Positions 38,501-51,924 are shown, counted from the stretch's first letter. The stretch: 64,000 nt of DNA from Trichinella spiralis (GCF_000181795.1 NW_003526941.1:7563118-7627117); one strand, 5' to 3'. The notes: a model not told the origin generated them from the sequence alone. Numbers and translations: made by a program.

Positions 38501-41500
38501 GTGTCGCTTTTCATCGGTTGACTTTCCATAAAATAGCTAATGCATCGAATGTGCACCACAACCCCGTCACGCTTGTCACTTGGGTACGTCGGCCTGAAAA
38601 TCACTTCCATTGTTTATTTGAATTTCTTTTGTGCAAAACGGAAAACGTCCTCTTTTAGGCCATTTGCTTCCAGTACATTTATATATTCATTTGTACGGTG
38701 CTTGTTTGTGCTGCGTGTGTATTTTCGCCATACCACGCCCTCTATTTGAAATGGCAGATAAGAGATGAAAATAAGCGCAATAATAAGGACGAATTGAAAG
38801 AATGATGAATAGCAAGCATATAAAATAGAATGAAAGGTGAAATTGAAAACAAAAAGAAAGTGAACATAAAGCCATTTTTAATTTTCTTTTAATTATTATT
38901 CAACAATTTATGTGTTAAAGTTTAAACAAAAAATTAGAATAGAATTTCATGTAATATATGCTTTGCTAAATAATTGGGAAAATATTTTGCAGTGCAGCAG
39001 AGTATAGTCTACGATTGTTATCGATTGTTTAAAATATTTGAATAGATGTGAAGCTATGGGTGAAAATGCAAATTTAAAAATGAATTGTGTGTGAATCGAT
39101 AGCATCGCTTTTTGATATTGTTTTTATTGTTCATATAAAAGGGTTTTGCCAATGAGGAAAAGTGGGGAAAAATGTTTCTGATGATCAGAATGAATTTTTA
39201 GAATAATTCCAGTTGAAAGATTATTGAATAAAAAAAACGAAAGGTGTAGTAAATATATTTGTCATAAGAAAGAATAGAGCCGTTATAATTTATATTCTTT
39301 TATAAGGGGACGACAGTTTGTCATCGATCACTGCGTTTGTTGGTATGCAGATGTGTTTCTTGATTTCTTCTGTTGTTATTGATTCAATTTTTCTCTTTTG
39401 CTTGTAGCATTTGAAAATAAATCTTATTTTCTGGAAACATTTAAAAATAGAATATATGCGTAGATGTATTCTTTGAGAAATTGATTGTTTGATGATTATA
39501 CATATTTTGTTGTTGAATGGTTGGTTGCTTTCATTTTATATGATCCATTTCATTTCAAATATTTCTTATTCATTTTGTACATGTTTAATTTTCAGACAGA
39601 ACTGTCGCAAACTTTGCAATCGTTGTCTGAAAAGGCAAAAACAGCTACGGAAAATTTGGCTCGTTTGAAGCAACTCAACGACAAGGTGCAGGTAAGAGCG
39701 ATTTTCTAATTTGGTTGCGAATGTGAAAATAACATCACATATATGGATTAGCTGAGTTTTATTTGTATAAAACGTGGTCTATTTGAGTAATTTGGGATAG
39801 GCCAAGGGAAAATTGCATTTAAATTTCTCTAGCGCAGTTGTTCTGTTGTAGATAGATAGAGCTTGAGGAAATGATTAGCAATTTGTGCAATTCATTTGTT
39901 GTTGGCCGTATGCCATTGACCATGACCGATCAAGCTTGACTGACTGACTGGATGTAGTTTGATCAGGAAAATGGAAAGAGAAAGAGTAAGGCGGGGTGAG
40001 GGGGAGGGAGGGGATTTTTCTTTATGCTCTCTTGCCGGTTTTGCATATTCTGCATCTCAATTAGGGGTCGTGTTAGGAGGCTTGTGTAGTGAATGGTAGC
40101 GATGTTGGCGCTTTGCTGCTATTATGCTCAATTTACCCAAAGCTTTTGCTCTAAATCCAATTTCTGTTCCCTTTTGCAGACCAACTCGGTGGATTTCGAG
40201 GCTCTCATAGTCACTCAATGCGACAAGTTAATCGTGGCCATCGAACAACGCAAACAAGAATTGTTGGATTTGGCGTTGCGAGAGAAAGAGACCAAGGTGA
40301 GTGCAAATTGGTTCGATTGATTGTTCTGGATTTGTATTTTGTTGTGTTCATTTCCGGCTAACCTGGGAAGGTCGGATGCTCACACGCATGTTTTATAATT
40401 TTCCATTTACAATAATGATAATTTTTAATTTCCATTTACAATGTTTTGTACTTGTAATGTTATTTATTGTGTTGTTATTTTATTTTAGAATCAGCTGTTT
40501 CGTGATCAAATCTCTAATTGTACCAATCAATTGCAAAAGACGACTGGTTTGGTGCAATTTTGCATTGAAGCTTTGAAAGAGGTTGATCCAATTGCTTTTA
40601 TTCAGGTTGGTGGATTGCTTTGATTTCTCTTTAAAGTAGAATTTTTTACAATAAATATACATTTATGCAGCATGATACGTATGTAGAAAGAATAAATTAA
40701 ATAATAAGATTATTGATTACGTTTTTTTCGATATCTTTTAGTAGTCTGTAGTTATGTGAATAATATTTTTATGCTTTAAATAATTTTGCATTGCACAAAT
40801 GATCATTTGTATATTTTTTTTTCTCGTTTTAAATGTATGTTGTTGGTGCATATGTATGTATCAGGTAACTTTTTAAAACTGAGCCATAAGTGAGAACTTT
40901 TGTTTTGAAATGAATGAATGAATGAATGATATTGATGAACTTTTTTGCTGTTTCAATGCAAACATTGATCCCGTTTGATGAACAATCAAGAGGGGAAAAA
41001 TGTGAATACGTAAAGTATGTTGCTCAACGCGCGTAACATTGCTGCTAGAAATTTAATTAATTTCAAGCCCGTTGGGTGCCTTCAGTTTTATTTGTATATT
41101 AATAGATTTCACCAGCGCTGATCCATCGCGTATCCAACATGGAATTGATTTGGCGCAAGGAACTCGAAGCTGACATAGCGAATGTGTCACCAGAATTTGA
41201 ATTAACTTTAGACGTACAGCCAGTCACAGCTGCCATCAATCAACTCAACTTTGTCCAACTGAAAAGTAAAAGCAATTAATATTTAACATTTTCTTAACTA
41301 TTTATTTCTGTTTCCATTTATATTCCCTTCATTTAATATTATTCATTCCATTATATTATTTAAACATTGGTTTGTTTATTAGAAAGATTTCTTTCTTATG
41401 TTGCTTATTTGATAATTTCATTATTTTTAAACTATAGTTCCGGAATGTCCAACAATAATTACTGAAGCTTGCAGTGCTCAAAATAATTCCGTCACAATTG

Positions 41501-42667
41501 TGTGGAAAGCACCGCTGAATTCCTATATAGAAGGGTACATTTTGGAAATTGACGACGGTCACGGTGATGGAAATTTCAAGGTATTATTTCTTTTTTTATT
41601 AGAAAATTCATAAATCGATTAAAATTAACTTTAAAAATTTTTGAACAGGAAGTTTACGTTGGTGCGGACACAGCATGCAATGTTGACAATTTGCATTTCA
41701 ACTCAGTCTACCTCGCTCGAGTTAAAGCATACAATATGATCGGCGAAGGCAGCTATTCCCAGTGCATACGGTTGCATACTGCTGGCTGTATGTATTTTTC
41801 TTATTTCCTAATTTTTTACGATTTCACTATGATGATGTGGTTTAATATTTTTCAATAGGTACTATTCTTTATTAACAATTTCAGGCAGTTTAATAATATC
41901 CAATATGCAGTTATTAGGATTAAAAAAAGTGTGATAAATGATGTTCTTGTTTTAGCTGCGTGGTTTCAATTCAAGCCAAACGGCTCAAATTGCGAAGCAG
42001 TATTTGACCAAGAAAATACTACCTTAAGCAGTACTTCATTGAACTACAGTGTTGTACTTGGAACAGTCTGTTTCACTCGCGGTCGTCACTACTGGGAAGT
42101 GTCTGTAGACAGACGGGATGCCAGTGCTGATGTTATTGTAGGAATAGCTACTTCAAAAGTTTCCAGAAACATGATGTTAGGTATGGATCTATTTTTGTTT
42201 TATTTCTATTTGTTTCTTATACGTAATTTATACGTTGAACTTATTTATTTATTACCTTTTTATTTCAGGGAAAGATGAACACGGTTGGTCCATGTACATT
42301 GACGAAGAGCGTTCTTGGTATTTGCATGCCGAGATGCATCACGGTCGAGTAGATGGCGGTGCATCTGTCGGGTCCGTTATTGGAATATTGCTAGATTGTG
42401 ATGCGCAGACGTTGGATTTTTACGTTGATGGCCGTAAGCAAACTTCCGAACTGGCATTCCGGTATGGTTATTATTATAGAGCATTTTTTCTTTTGCCTTT
42501 TAATGTACAAGGAACCTTTTAGGAATCTTCCTAGATCTGTTTTTTATCCTGCCTTTTCTGTTAATCGCAATGTACAAATTACGTTGCATTCTGGAATTGA
42601 ACCGCCTGATTTTTGCAATAATCAAGAATCGTTGTCAAAACGATTGCAGAAACGATTTAATATCTGA
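35578..42667 (+). CDS. TRIM9: TRIM9/TRIM67-family E3 ubiquitin ligase (MADD-2-like): RING, B-box 1, B-box 2, coiled coil/COS, FN3, SPRY; ~738 aa, 10 exons
   Basis: Exons 35578-36459, 39596-39691, 40180-40296, 40489-40605, 41106-41265, 41438-41580, 41649-41787, 41956-42180, 42269-42461 and 42523-42667 are in frame (2217 nt). Motifs: MEEELRCPVC..PVLLPCSHSLCLSCA (split RING), CQLCE..CEQCSISYCQQCLRDCHPARGPLAKH (B-box), TTGLVQFCIEALKEVDPIAFIQ, FN3 (NNSVTIVWK, LEIDDG, YLARVKAYN) and SPRY (GRHYWEVSVD, GKDEHGWSMYIDEERSW, FYPAFSVNRNVQITLHSG). Confidence 0.96.
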
Positions 42668-43357
42668 GAAGTTTCCATATTATAATTATTTTATAAAATT
42701 GCTGTTTTTTTTTCAATAACAACTGCCATCTACTTTTCAACTACTATATTATTCATATTAATTGTTTTTCTATGTTTTCCATTTCCACTGTGCTGCTGTG
42801 TATTATTTTAATTAACCTCTTTCTTTCGTTACTTTTGCAATAAATATTCATATCATGTTATATATATATATATTTTTTATTTTATAGATACTAAATTTAT
42901 GCTGCTTGTTGTTGTTGAGCTGCATATAAAACACAAGTGTTAATAACAAATAACAAGCGTTCCATTTTTTGGGATATTCTGCCGAAGTCTGTTGTGGTTT
43001 GCAAGCTTAAGCCAGCCGGTGCCGAAGGGAGGAGATTAGTAGATAGGATTTAAATGACTTTGGGAGGAATGTGACAGATATAGATGTATGGTAAGCTGAC
43101 ACCAGAGCTTGTGAAATTTTAGAGCAATTATCCGGCGTCGAAGAGGTGGTTCACTGACATCGATCCTCTCTTGACGCTTCATTGAAAACTGATTCTTCCA
43201 ATGTTGGCTGTTTTTTCGACAACATTTGCCCAAATTGAAGACGCTACCAAGAAATTAAATAGTTTTCACTTCTTTCATCGCACCACCAGCAGCAGCTGTG
43301 TCTATATGTGTTTTCTCGTAAGCAGTGTTTTTCGTTGATTATAAAATCACCAGGTGC

Positions 43358-43359
<2 letters not shown>

Positions 43360-43388
<29 letters not shown>
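43360..43388. repeat. (AT)n microsatellite
   Basis: Direct reading. Confidence 0.9.
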
Positions 43389-43390
<2 letters not shown>

Positions 43391-44442
43391 TTATTTATTT
43401 TCATAAATAAGAGATTCAATTTCTTTTCGCTTGTTTTTTTTAGTCAAGTGCATAATGATTTTAAAATATCACAACAGCCAGCAGCAGTAGATATCAAAGC
43501 AAACAAATCGGATTCAAAGCCTGAATTCGTAAGCTCGATAAGATTATTCGAGATGAAATTTGAATATTTACTGCATTGAACGTGTTTTCCTAGTGTGCAG
43601 AGCTTTATTTGAACAAAGCGGCTTGTAACAATGTTGGACAAATTAAATTGTATATTTTTAGAACACGTAGGGCAAACAGTTGTCAGCGCAAATTAATGAA
43701 AAAACAAAATTTACCTACTACGCTAACAGCGGATAACACAACAAGAAGTGAGAATTCTTTTCCTATTGTATGAACTTTGAATTTTTTTTCCTAGAACGAA
43801 AAACTGAATAATAAAAAAATTGAGTTTTTTCACAAGCTTAAAATTTTCCATTAATGAAAGAGGCGTTTGTTCTTTAAGAATTTTACTTTTAATTCTCTTA
43901 TCGATTACTCGTTTCGTATTAAATGTAATTAATGTCTTTGCAAAAGGTGTGATATTTTTATGATATTCTTTAAGCACATCTCGACTCGTGTTTAATTAAA
44001 ACATAGCTACGAGATCAGAACATTGTTGACGTTCTTGTCAAATAATGTTCTACAAATAGCTGAAAATATCAACTACGAGTCGTTTTACATATCAATCATC
44101 CTGCCTCGTTAGTTAGTATTGCTGTTTGTGGATTTCTTTTTTTATTATGAACAAAAAACATAAATTTTGAATGCACCAGTGAAATTAATTTAGCCTTTCA
44201 GCGAAATATTTTGGCCAACTCAATTTTTCGTTCATATAAGTAGATGAAATACAGTACACTTTTAATGGAAAGCAAGTTTAAATTTGTATTTTGTGCATAC
44301 GTGGCAGTAGGTAGTGTCGTGTTGTGAAATTGTGAAATATTGGAAAATGTTTTTGGTGATGATGAAATTTTTAAAGTAAACAAATTTCAGCTGTACATGT
44401 GCTGCTTATATTTGTGCATGTAATAGTAGGAGAACTGTAGCA

Positions 44443-44461
44443 GTGTGTGTGTGTGTGTGTG
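44443..44461. repeat. (GT)n microsatellite upstream of che-14
   Basis: Direct reading. Confidence 0.9.
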
Positions 44462-45128
44462 CGTGAAAGTTGGCCACCAGTTTTGTTTAAGCTTTTCAAA
44501 AGTGACGGGTATTTTTGACAGTTGTTCAGTGTTATGGTAGCTTGTTTAAATTTTTGAATTTTTTTTTTTGGTTTCTAGTAGAAAACAACAGTTGTCGCAG
44601 TACTTATTAAAAAGAAAGAGGAATGGAAATGCGCCCACAGATGGATGGTGGATGGATGTGCATGTGAAGAGGTGATGTATTAAGGGAAATGAAGAGCGAA
44701 GAAAAAGAATATGAAGCGTGTCGACGCATGTTTTGTAGGCAAAATTTGGAAAAGTTCGTTTGCTTGAATAGAGACGACGACAGCGTGCAAATGAAAACTG
44801 GGTCTTGCAACTCGTCCACGGTGATGTCACATTCCTGCAGAGAAAGTCGTCCGTTCCATTTGGCAGAACAGGATTGCGTTCACTTTGGCTGAGTTTGCAT
44901 GAGCCAAAGCGACAGTTGGCTGCTTTTTTTCTGCGCCAGCGGCCTACAGTGCTACTAGCGCTGACAAACCAGGAAAAGGAACGACAGTGCACAATGGACA
45001 CCGGGGTAGCAGCAGGTCGGTAATATCCGTCTGGAACCGCTTGGACCCGGTGATATTGTTTTCCGCTTTTAAATTTCGATTATTCATTTTTTCACATTTT
45101 TGGACAACTATTGAGAGAAGATATAATA

Positions 45129-48100
45129 ATGGTTGTCGAAAACGGCAATGCAACAACTTCTGAAGTTAGTTATTCTCAGAAAGCTGTTACGCAGCTTGAA
45201 AATGTTCGGAAACAGTAAGAACAATTTGTGTTGTTGTATATTTTAAATCTACACTGCATCTGTATATATATATATACTATACTTTCAGATATGCCATGTT
45301 TATCTGCAATCGACCAATCACTGTATTTATGACGACAACATTTTTGCTTTGTACTTTGACGGCTTTGGGACTTGAGTTGGCTCCGACTCCTGACTTTTCA
45401 GACCCTAAAGTTGTAAGAAAGTTATATTTTGTTTTGAAAAATTTTGTTCACTTTTTAAGCATTTGTTTTATTGTATTGTATTGTATTTTAAAAATTCCAA
45501 TTTTTCAGGGCTTTGAAACACGTGGCACGGTACTAAGCGATCGAGTGCTAACGTGGAACAATCTTGAGGAGAAAATTTCCTTCTATCCAGATTCAAGAAA
45601 AGAGTTTTACCGTCAAATGCCGCCAATCAACATTTTGCAAAGGTGAGAAACCCATTCATTTTCTGTATTACGGAAATGGTTCGCATTTCAATCGATCCAG
45701 TTCAACCAGTTGCTTTCTCTTTGATTACTTGTATTAGCTGTGAACTCGCTTCCGCTTATTTCTTCTCATCGGCATTTTTATTCCACTTTTTTATCCATAT
45801 AAAAATGTATTAATTTTTTTACAAAAAAACAAATATTTGTTTATTACAGTTTGAAATTATTTAATTAGAAAAATCTTTCACCTGTGGATTATTAATTCGT
45901 GCAGTTGTGTATGTATAATTGAATTTTAGAAAGCATAATAAGCGATGAGGAGAGGTTTAATTTCTTTAAAATGATTTTTGAAAAATTTCCCACTGTGCAC
46001 GAACGGAATGAATAGAATGTTCCACTGATTAGTTAGTCGATGGATGATCCATCATCAATCAACTTTTCACTTGTTGTTGGCAAATGTTCAACTTTTGTTT
46101 TGAAACACGAAGCAAGTAAGTAATAAGCACATAGTAAAAGTTTGAAATTTGCGTAATAAACAGCAGAACAGTGGCAAATTTTTTGGGCGTGTTAGAGAGA
46201 TGAGCGGTGGTGGTGGCAGTTGGGTTTAGAAAATGTCAGTCGATTTGACATTTTTGCTTGTAGAAAGTGAAAAAGCAGCACAATCATTCGATACGATACG
46301 ATACGGTCGTTTGTTGCTGCCTTTTCCACTGGTTTCGATTTTGCGTAACGAAACTTCTTTGTGTAGCTTAATTTTCACATAAAGAAGCATTATTGTCTAT
46401 TTTTGCAAAGGTGAACATTTGCATTTTGCATTACGATGATCAATATCACTCTTTGTTATGTGTCTATTTTTGACACTCTACTTACCTACCACTCCTTGGT
46501 GTGATAATATGTGATGGAATTTTTCTATTTTTCGCTTAACTTTGATCCTCTTAGGCGAAACTGTCTTTCAACATACTACTTTTTTAAATATCAAAATTTT
46601 ACATTTTGCAAATGACCATTTTCAATATTCAATTTAAAGTAATCATCTTTTTTCATATTGCTTTTTTGATTTGCTAGTTGAAATGGATATTCATTCAAAA
46701 TTTAAATTGAGATTTGTACTATTTAAAAAAAAATTCAACTTTTAAACCAAACAAGATAGATAACTTACTTCATTGCATCTACTTTTTTTGCCTATCAGAT
46801 TATTAGTTGTTGTGCTTGTTGTAAAATTTTCAAACACTTTTTTCATTGTTTAACATTTTCATGTGAAGCAACAGTTGCGCAATAAAATATTTTGTTCATG
46901 CAAAATGTGCAAACGATGTCAGCAAGTTAAGGAAATTACGTCAATACACTACTACGCAAAATTTTCTGTCAGCACAAAAATGGCAATCAGACAAAACAGT
47001 TGCTTGTTCTAAATTTGTTTATTTGTTTGTTTGTTTACTTGTTTGTTTATTATTATTTGTCATTTTTGTTGTAAATTGCGTTGTAGTTATTAATTTTTTT
47101 TCTTCCTCCTCTTTTAGACGCAAACGAAATGGTACCGGTCAGCTTTTGGAAGAATTATTTTTCGCCGCTCTTACCTCTAGCCCTTGTTTGCAATTACACG
47201 CGCCACTTGCTCAACGTGAGTACACCATTATTTTTCATTCATTCTAAAAACTAAATTATTGTTCATCCTAATAGTAATTAATTTATTGTAAACTTTTCTA
47301 CATTGTTGAATGTAATTTTTATCCTCTGCATGCATATATATATACATATACATACATAAATGAGAATTAAGGCATTCATCAGGTCAGCGTTAAGATTAAC
47401 GGTTAGAGTTGGTTTTTCTTTCTTGCATACTCTTGTATTTCTTGTGAAAAATGATTTTGAAATGTTTCAAACTGTGCATATCTATGTATTTTGGTTGATT
47501 TATGAAAATTGGATATAATTATATAACTTCAACAAAAGCAATATAGTTGCATAAAGGGAATTGTTTATATTTTTTTACTGTGAGCTAATTTAAGATTTAA
47601 GATGCTTTCTTTTCAGCTCTTGGTGTATTTTGCAAATTGCTCAGCGTAGTTTTAATTGATGAAAATTGTAGAACGTTTTTTTATTGACTGGTTTTAAACC
47701 TTTTTACCTTGCAGTTGTGCAATGTCAAATGATCCATAGATGTAAAATTGATATGTAAAAATTTGGAAAACTTGTTCTCTTATCTGTACAGATAATATAT
47801 GATCAGTAATATTTTCAATTATTGGTATTTGAAGGAAAATGACCAATTCGCATTTGAAAAGTTACTAGCCAGTCAGTTGTTTAAGGAAATTTCAGCAATT
47901 TCGATTTGTCAGCAGCCTATTGACCTAAACTTTGGGCAAAGTTTCCTTTTATTGCTGTCGCTGTTGCGTATATTATTCAAATATTCGCGTTTGTGTCTTT
48001 GAGCGTGTTGTTTGCCCGAATAAGCAAGCGATTATTTGTGTTCAAGTGTATACCAAAATTTTCCTTACATTTGTTTGTTTGTGAAAGAATCTTAACGCAT

Positions 48101-51100
48101 TGAAGCGATATAACATGAAAAATTACATTTTCATTGAGGCGACTATGAATGAATGAATGAATGTGAATAATTTTTTCAATTCAAATACTTTGCATAAGAG
48201 AGAATAATAATTACAGGCTGATGATGACAGTTTACTTCAGAGTAGGTTACGCATGCGTGCCCATATCGTTCTGTGCATTTCCGTAACCTGCATTCTCTCG
48301 CGACCGAGTTCTCTCTTTCTCTCTCTCACAAGCGGCTTTCAGAAGAAGCCAACTCATACTTTTGTCTGATTATTTGCAGTTACCGGACATTTATTATTAT
48401 TAACATGTATATTTTTTTCAAAAAAATATAGTTTGACATTAACATTATTTTTTATTTAATTTTTTTAATAAGTTATTTTTAAATTCATGCAACAAAAAAG
48501 TAGCAGCTGACTTTTTGATAATGAGAAGCAGATGTAGTGATTTTTAGTTGTTTGTTTTTTCTCAAAGCTTATCCAAAGTGATAGCATTTATTTTTCATTT
48601 TTTTTGTTTTTATAAACGAATATTGTTGTTGATTTTTATTGATTTATTTGCTTCTGTCCATCTCTAATGCTGTCCAATAATTATGTTTTTACGCCTGTAA
48701 ATTAGTTTGCCATCGGCTGAACTAGAATTGAGCTTTTTTTGCCTAGTTCTGTTTCACTGTATCCTGTACTGTTGTTTGTTGATGATTTCTTTATACTGGG
48801 CTGACGTTCAAGTAGCATTTGAAATTGCACTTGCAAAAAAAATTATGCTTTTGGCATGAATTTCAAATATTAATTTGCTTCTCATCACAAACGTTGCTTA
48901 TATGATCATCACATATCAGCAGCAGCATATCACTTTTTCTCTCTGAATCTCTCCTTCCACTAATGATTTTCAAGCTGAAAAACTTCTCAATTCTCTATTT
49001 TTCAGTTGACAATTTTTTCTTTAATTTTTATGATTCGAACATTAATTAATTCTTGAACATCATTATTATTCAATCAACAAGAATTTGAATGATTTATCTG
49101 TTGACTATTGAAAATTCACCATCACCTATATATATTATTGTTCTATTTGTCAATTTTATTTGATTCTAATGAAATTTATTAAAAAAATTATTATTGAATT
49201 GGCAAAGGAAATGTTGAACTAATATTTCGAATACTGTTACGCAATTATTATTTAGAATTTTTTCACTTGACGTTGAAGACAATATGTAATAATACATTTC
49301 AATAAAAATACGTCTGAATAAATGAAATGATAAAAAAGAATAATAGAGATGGATATGTTGAAAATTTTTTTTTATCACAACAGATTGCAATGTTTGCTTA
49401 ATTGCAATTTCCATTGATTAATGTTGATTAATTTGAATGGTTTTAATGTTTTTCTTTAGTGGAATATCACAGCTTGATAGTTTTGGAAGCACCTTCGACG
49501 AAATCACTGTTTACAGTTGATGTGATTTTGGAACTGTGCAAATTGCAGCAACAAATCAATGCCACTTTGCAGGAGGTGAAAATTCGCTTGGAGCAGAATC
49601 ACTTTTGGAGTCTTCCGAATTATATCACATGTTTCAGTGGTGAACTCACTTGTACAAATTTGAAAGAGAAAGATGTTGGTACGGTGGCGGCTAACATTGA
49701 ACGTTGTGCACCTTATCAACAGCAAATCATCCACTGCAAAGGTAGTGCAAATACAGCCGCCTGTCAAGCTATACCGGATTATTGCAATTCGAAATATTAT
49801 CAAGATTTATTTTATTTCATTTTATCGCAAAATATCTTTTCAAACGCAACCGGACCAGTTTACACGTCGATGGTTTTGCCAATATATTCGTACAACACGT
49901 ATGAATATTTGGGAAGGAGAGATGTGAGCTTGAAAAAGTTTGCAAAGCTTTATGAAAAAGTATCCGAATGGCAAAACGATTTGAAACATTTGAAATTGGT
50001 AGGCCTGAATTTGGGCATCAAATTGCAAATGTTCAACTCGTTGCTTGTGAACGACACCGTTTGGGTATTCCTTGGCATCAGCTTGGTCGCTGTGATAATT
50101 TGGATTTATTCGGGCTCATTTTTCTACGCCGTCACAGTGTTGCTGTCGATGTTTTTTTCCGTTACTGTGGCTTACTTTGTCTACGGGCTTGTATTTCGGA
50201 TGGAATTTTTCCCATTCATGAATTTGCTGGTAATTGTGTTGCTGATCGGCATCGGTGCCGACGATACGTTTGTGCTCAAGTACGTCTTCGACACGTCCAA
50301 AAAGCAGGGGGCGAAAACAATTGCGCCCGAAGATATTGTCGACGCGTTGTCCTACGCCGCACTGTCCATGCTAATTACCAGTGTGACCACAGCGGCGGCG
50401 TTTTTTTCCAGCCTCACCAGCAACGTTATTGTGATCAAATGTTTCGCCGTATTTGCCGGCACGACAATGCTGATGAACTATTTGCTGGTCGTGTCGTTCA
50501 TGCCGGCATCGTTGATCATTCTCGAACGTTACGTCAATCCGCTCTATGAACGTTGGTGTCCGAAACCCCTGAACGCGTTGGTTGTTCAAGCGTACGCTTC
50601 TGGAACAATTGCGTCCAATTTCCTCATGCAAATCTGCTTGCCGTTCGTTTTGCAACGCCTGCGGGCTTATGTGATCGCGGCGTTCGGTCTGCTGCTCGCT
50701 TTGTCATTTTTCCTGGTCTTCTACAAGCCTGGTCTGTCGTTGCCGAAACGCAATCCAATTTTGCTCTTCCAGCCGTCCCATCCGTTCGAATGGTACGACG
50801 ACCAGATGGAATTGCACTTTCGCTTCGCCCTGGCCAGATATTGCATGCCGATCAAAGTGTCCCTGGTTTGGGGTTTTGTGCCGAGCGAAGTCGGCGGCTC
50901 CCATTTCGATCCATTTTCCTACGGTCAATTGGCTCAGGATACGCGCTTCAAAGCCAACTTGGAAACGTTGCGCGATTTGCAGGCGGTCTGCGATCGTCTG
51001 GCCAAAGAGCCGGCCTTCAATTACGACGGCGACTGTTTTGCCCATGCTTTTTTCAAATGGTCCAAACAGCAAGTCTGCGTTGGAGAGGGGGAAAGTTGTT

Positions 51101-51924
51101 GCGCCTATTTGAGCAAATATTTCGACCAGCGCAACGTGCAGCCGTGCGTAGCCGCTTTCACCCGCACCACGGACGTGTTCAGTGGCAGCCCAATAATCCG
51201 CTACGACAACGACGCGGTGGTCGGCTTTGTCATCTACTTGGAAACCCGGCACAACTGGACCACCGACTACGACAAGCTGAAGCATTTCCAAGACGACATC
51301 GAATCGACCGTACGTCGAGTGTTGGGCGAGTCGAGAACGGCCACACTGAAACGCGGCTGGCCAGTGACCACCGATTCGATGACCACTTCTTGGTATGATT
51401 TGCAAAAAGAGTTGCTGCTCGGCACGCCGACGTCGATCATTCTCAGCATCCTGATCGCGTTCATCGTCGCCGTCTGCGTCACGCGTACTGTAGTTTTGAG
51501 CTTTCTCAGCATTTTGTCCATTTCGGCGGTGATTTTGGACACCATCGCCGTGCTGGTGTTGCTCGGCTGGCGACTGAACGTCGTCGAATCCACGATCATC
51601 ATCCTCACAATTGGCCTCTCGTTCGACTACACCCTCCACTATGCGGTCGCTTACAAATTCGCCTCACTCGGCAGCCGCGACGACAAAGTGATGACAGTGC
51701 TCAAATATATCGGTGTGCCGGTGACGTTGTCGGCGTTGACCACCCTTTTGGCCGGCTTGGCCATGCTTCCGTCGAACGTGATGGCCTACACGCAGATCGG
51801 CTTTTTCATGATTCTGATGAGCTTGATCAGTTGGCTCAACTCTAGTCTGTGCTATTTGTCTCTGCTCGCTGTCTGGGGTCCGCAGAGCACCAGTTGTAAC
51901 TTGCGCAAATGCTTCAGCAGCTGA
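45129..51924 (+). CDS. che-14: Dispatched / CHE-14-like RND-family protein with a sterol-sensing domain, ~968 aa, 5 exons
   Basis: Exons 45129-45214, 45289-45412, 45509-45642, 47118-47215 and 49460-51924 are in frame (2907 nt). The N-terminal PDFSDPKVGFETRGTVLSDRVLTWNNL is Dispatched-like. It has FFPFMNLLVIVLLIGIGADDTFV (TM4 GxxxDD), LSMLITSVTTAAAFF, HPFEWYD and LGWRLNVVESTIIILTIGLSFDYTLHYAVAY (TM10 GxxxD). Exon 1 is the least certain. Confidence 0.9.

Noticed and set aside
44689..45023. ORFs upstream of che-14 as possible alternative first exons
   Set aside because: No convincing in-phase donor, whereas exon 45129-45214 splices cleanly in frame. They may be UTR or uORFs.
49968..51639. Long alternative-frame and antisense ORFs (49968-50549 +, 50553-51398 +, 50704-51639 -) overlapping che-14
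   Set aside because: Shadow ORFs expected from GC3-rich codon usage in the real frame; no recognisable motifs.
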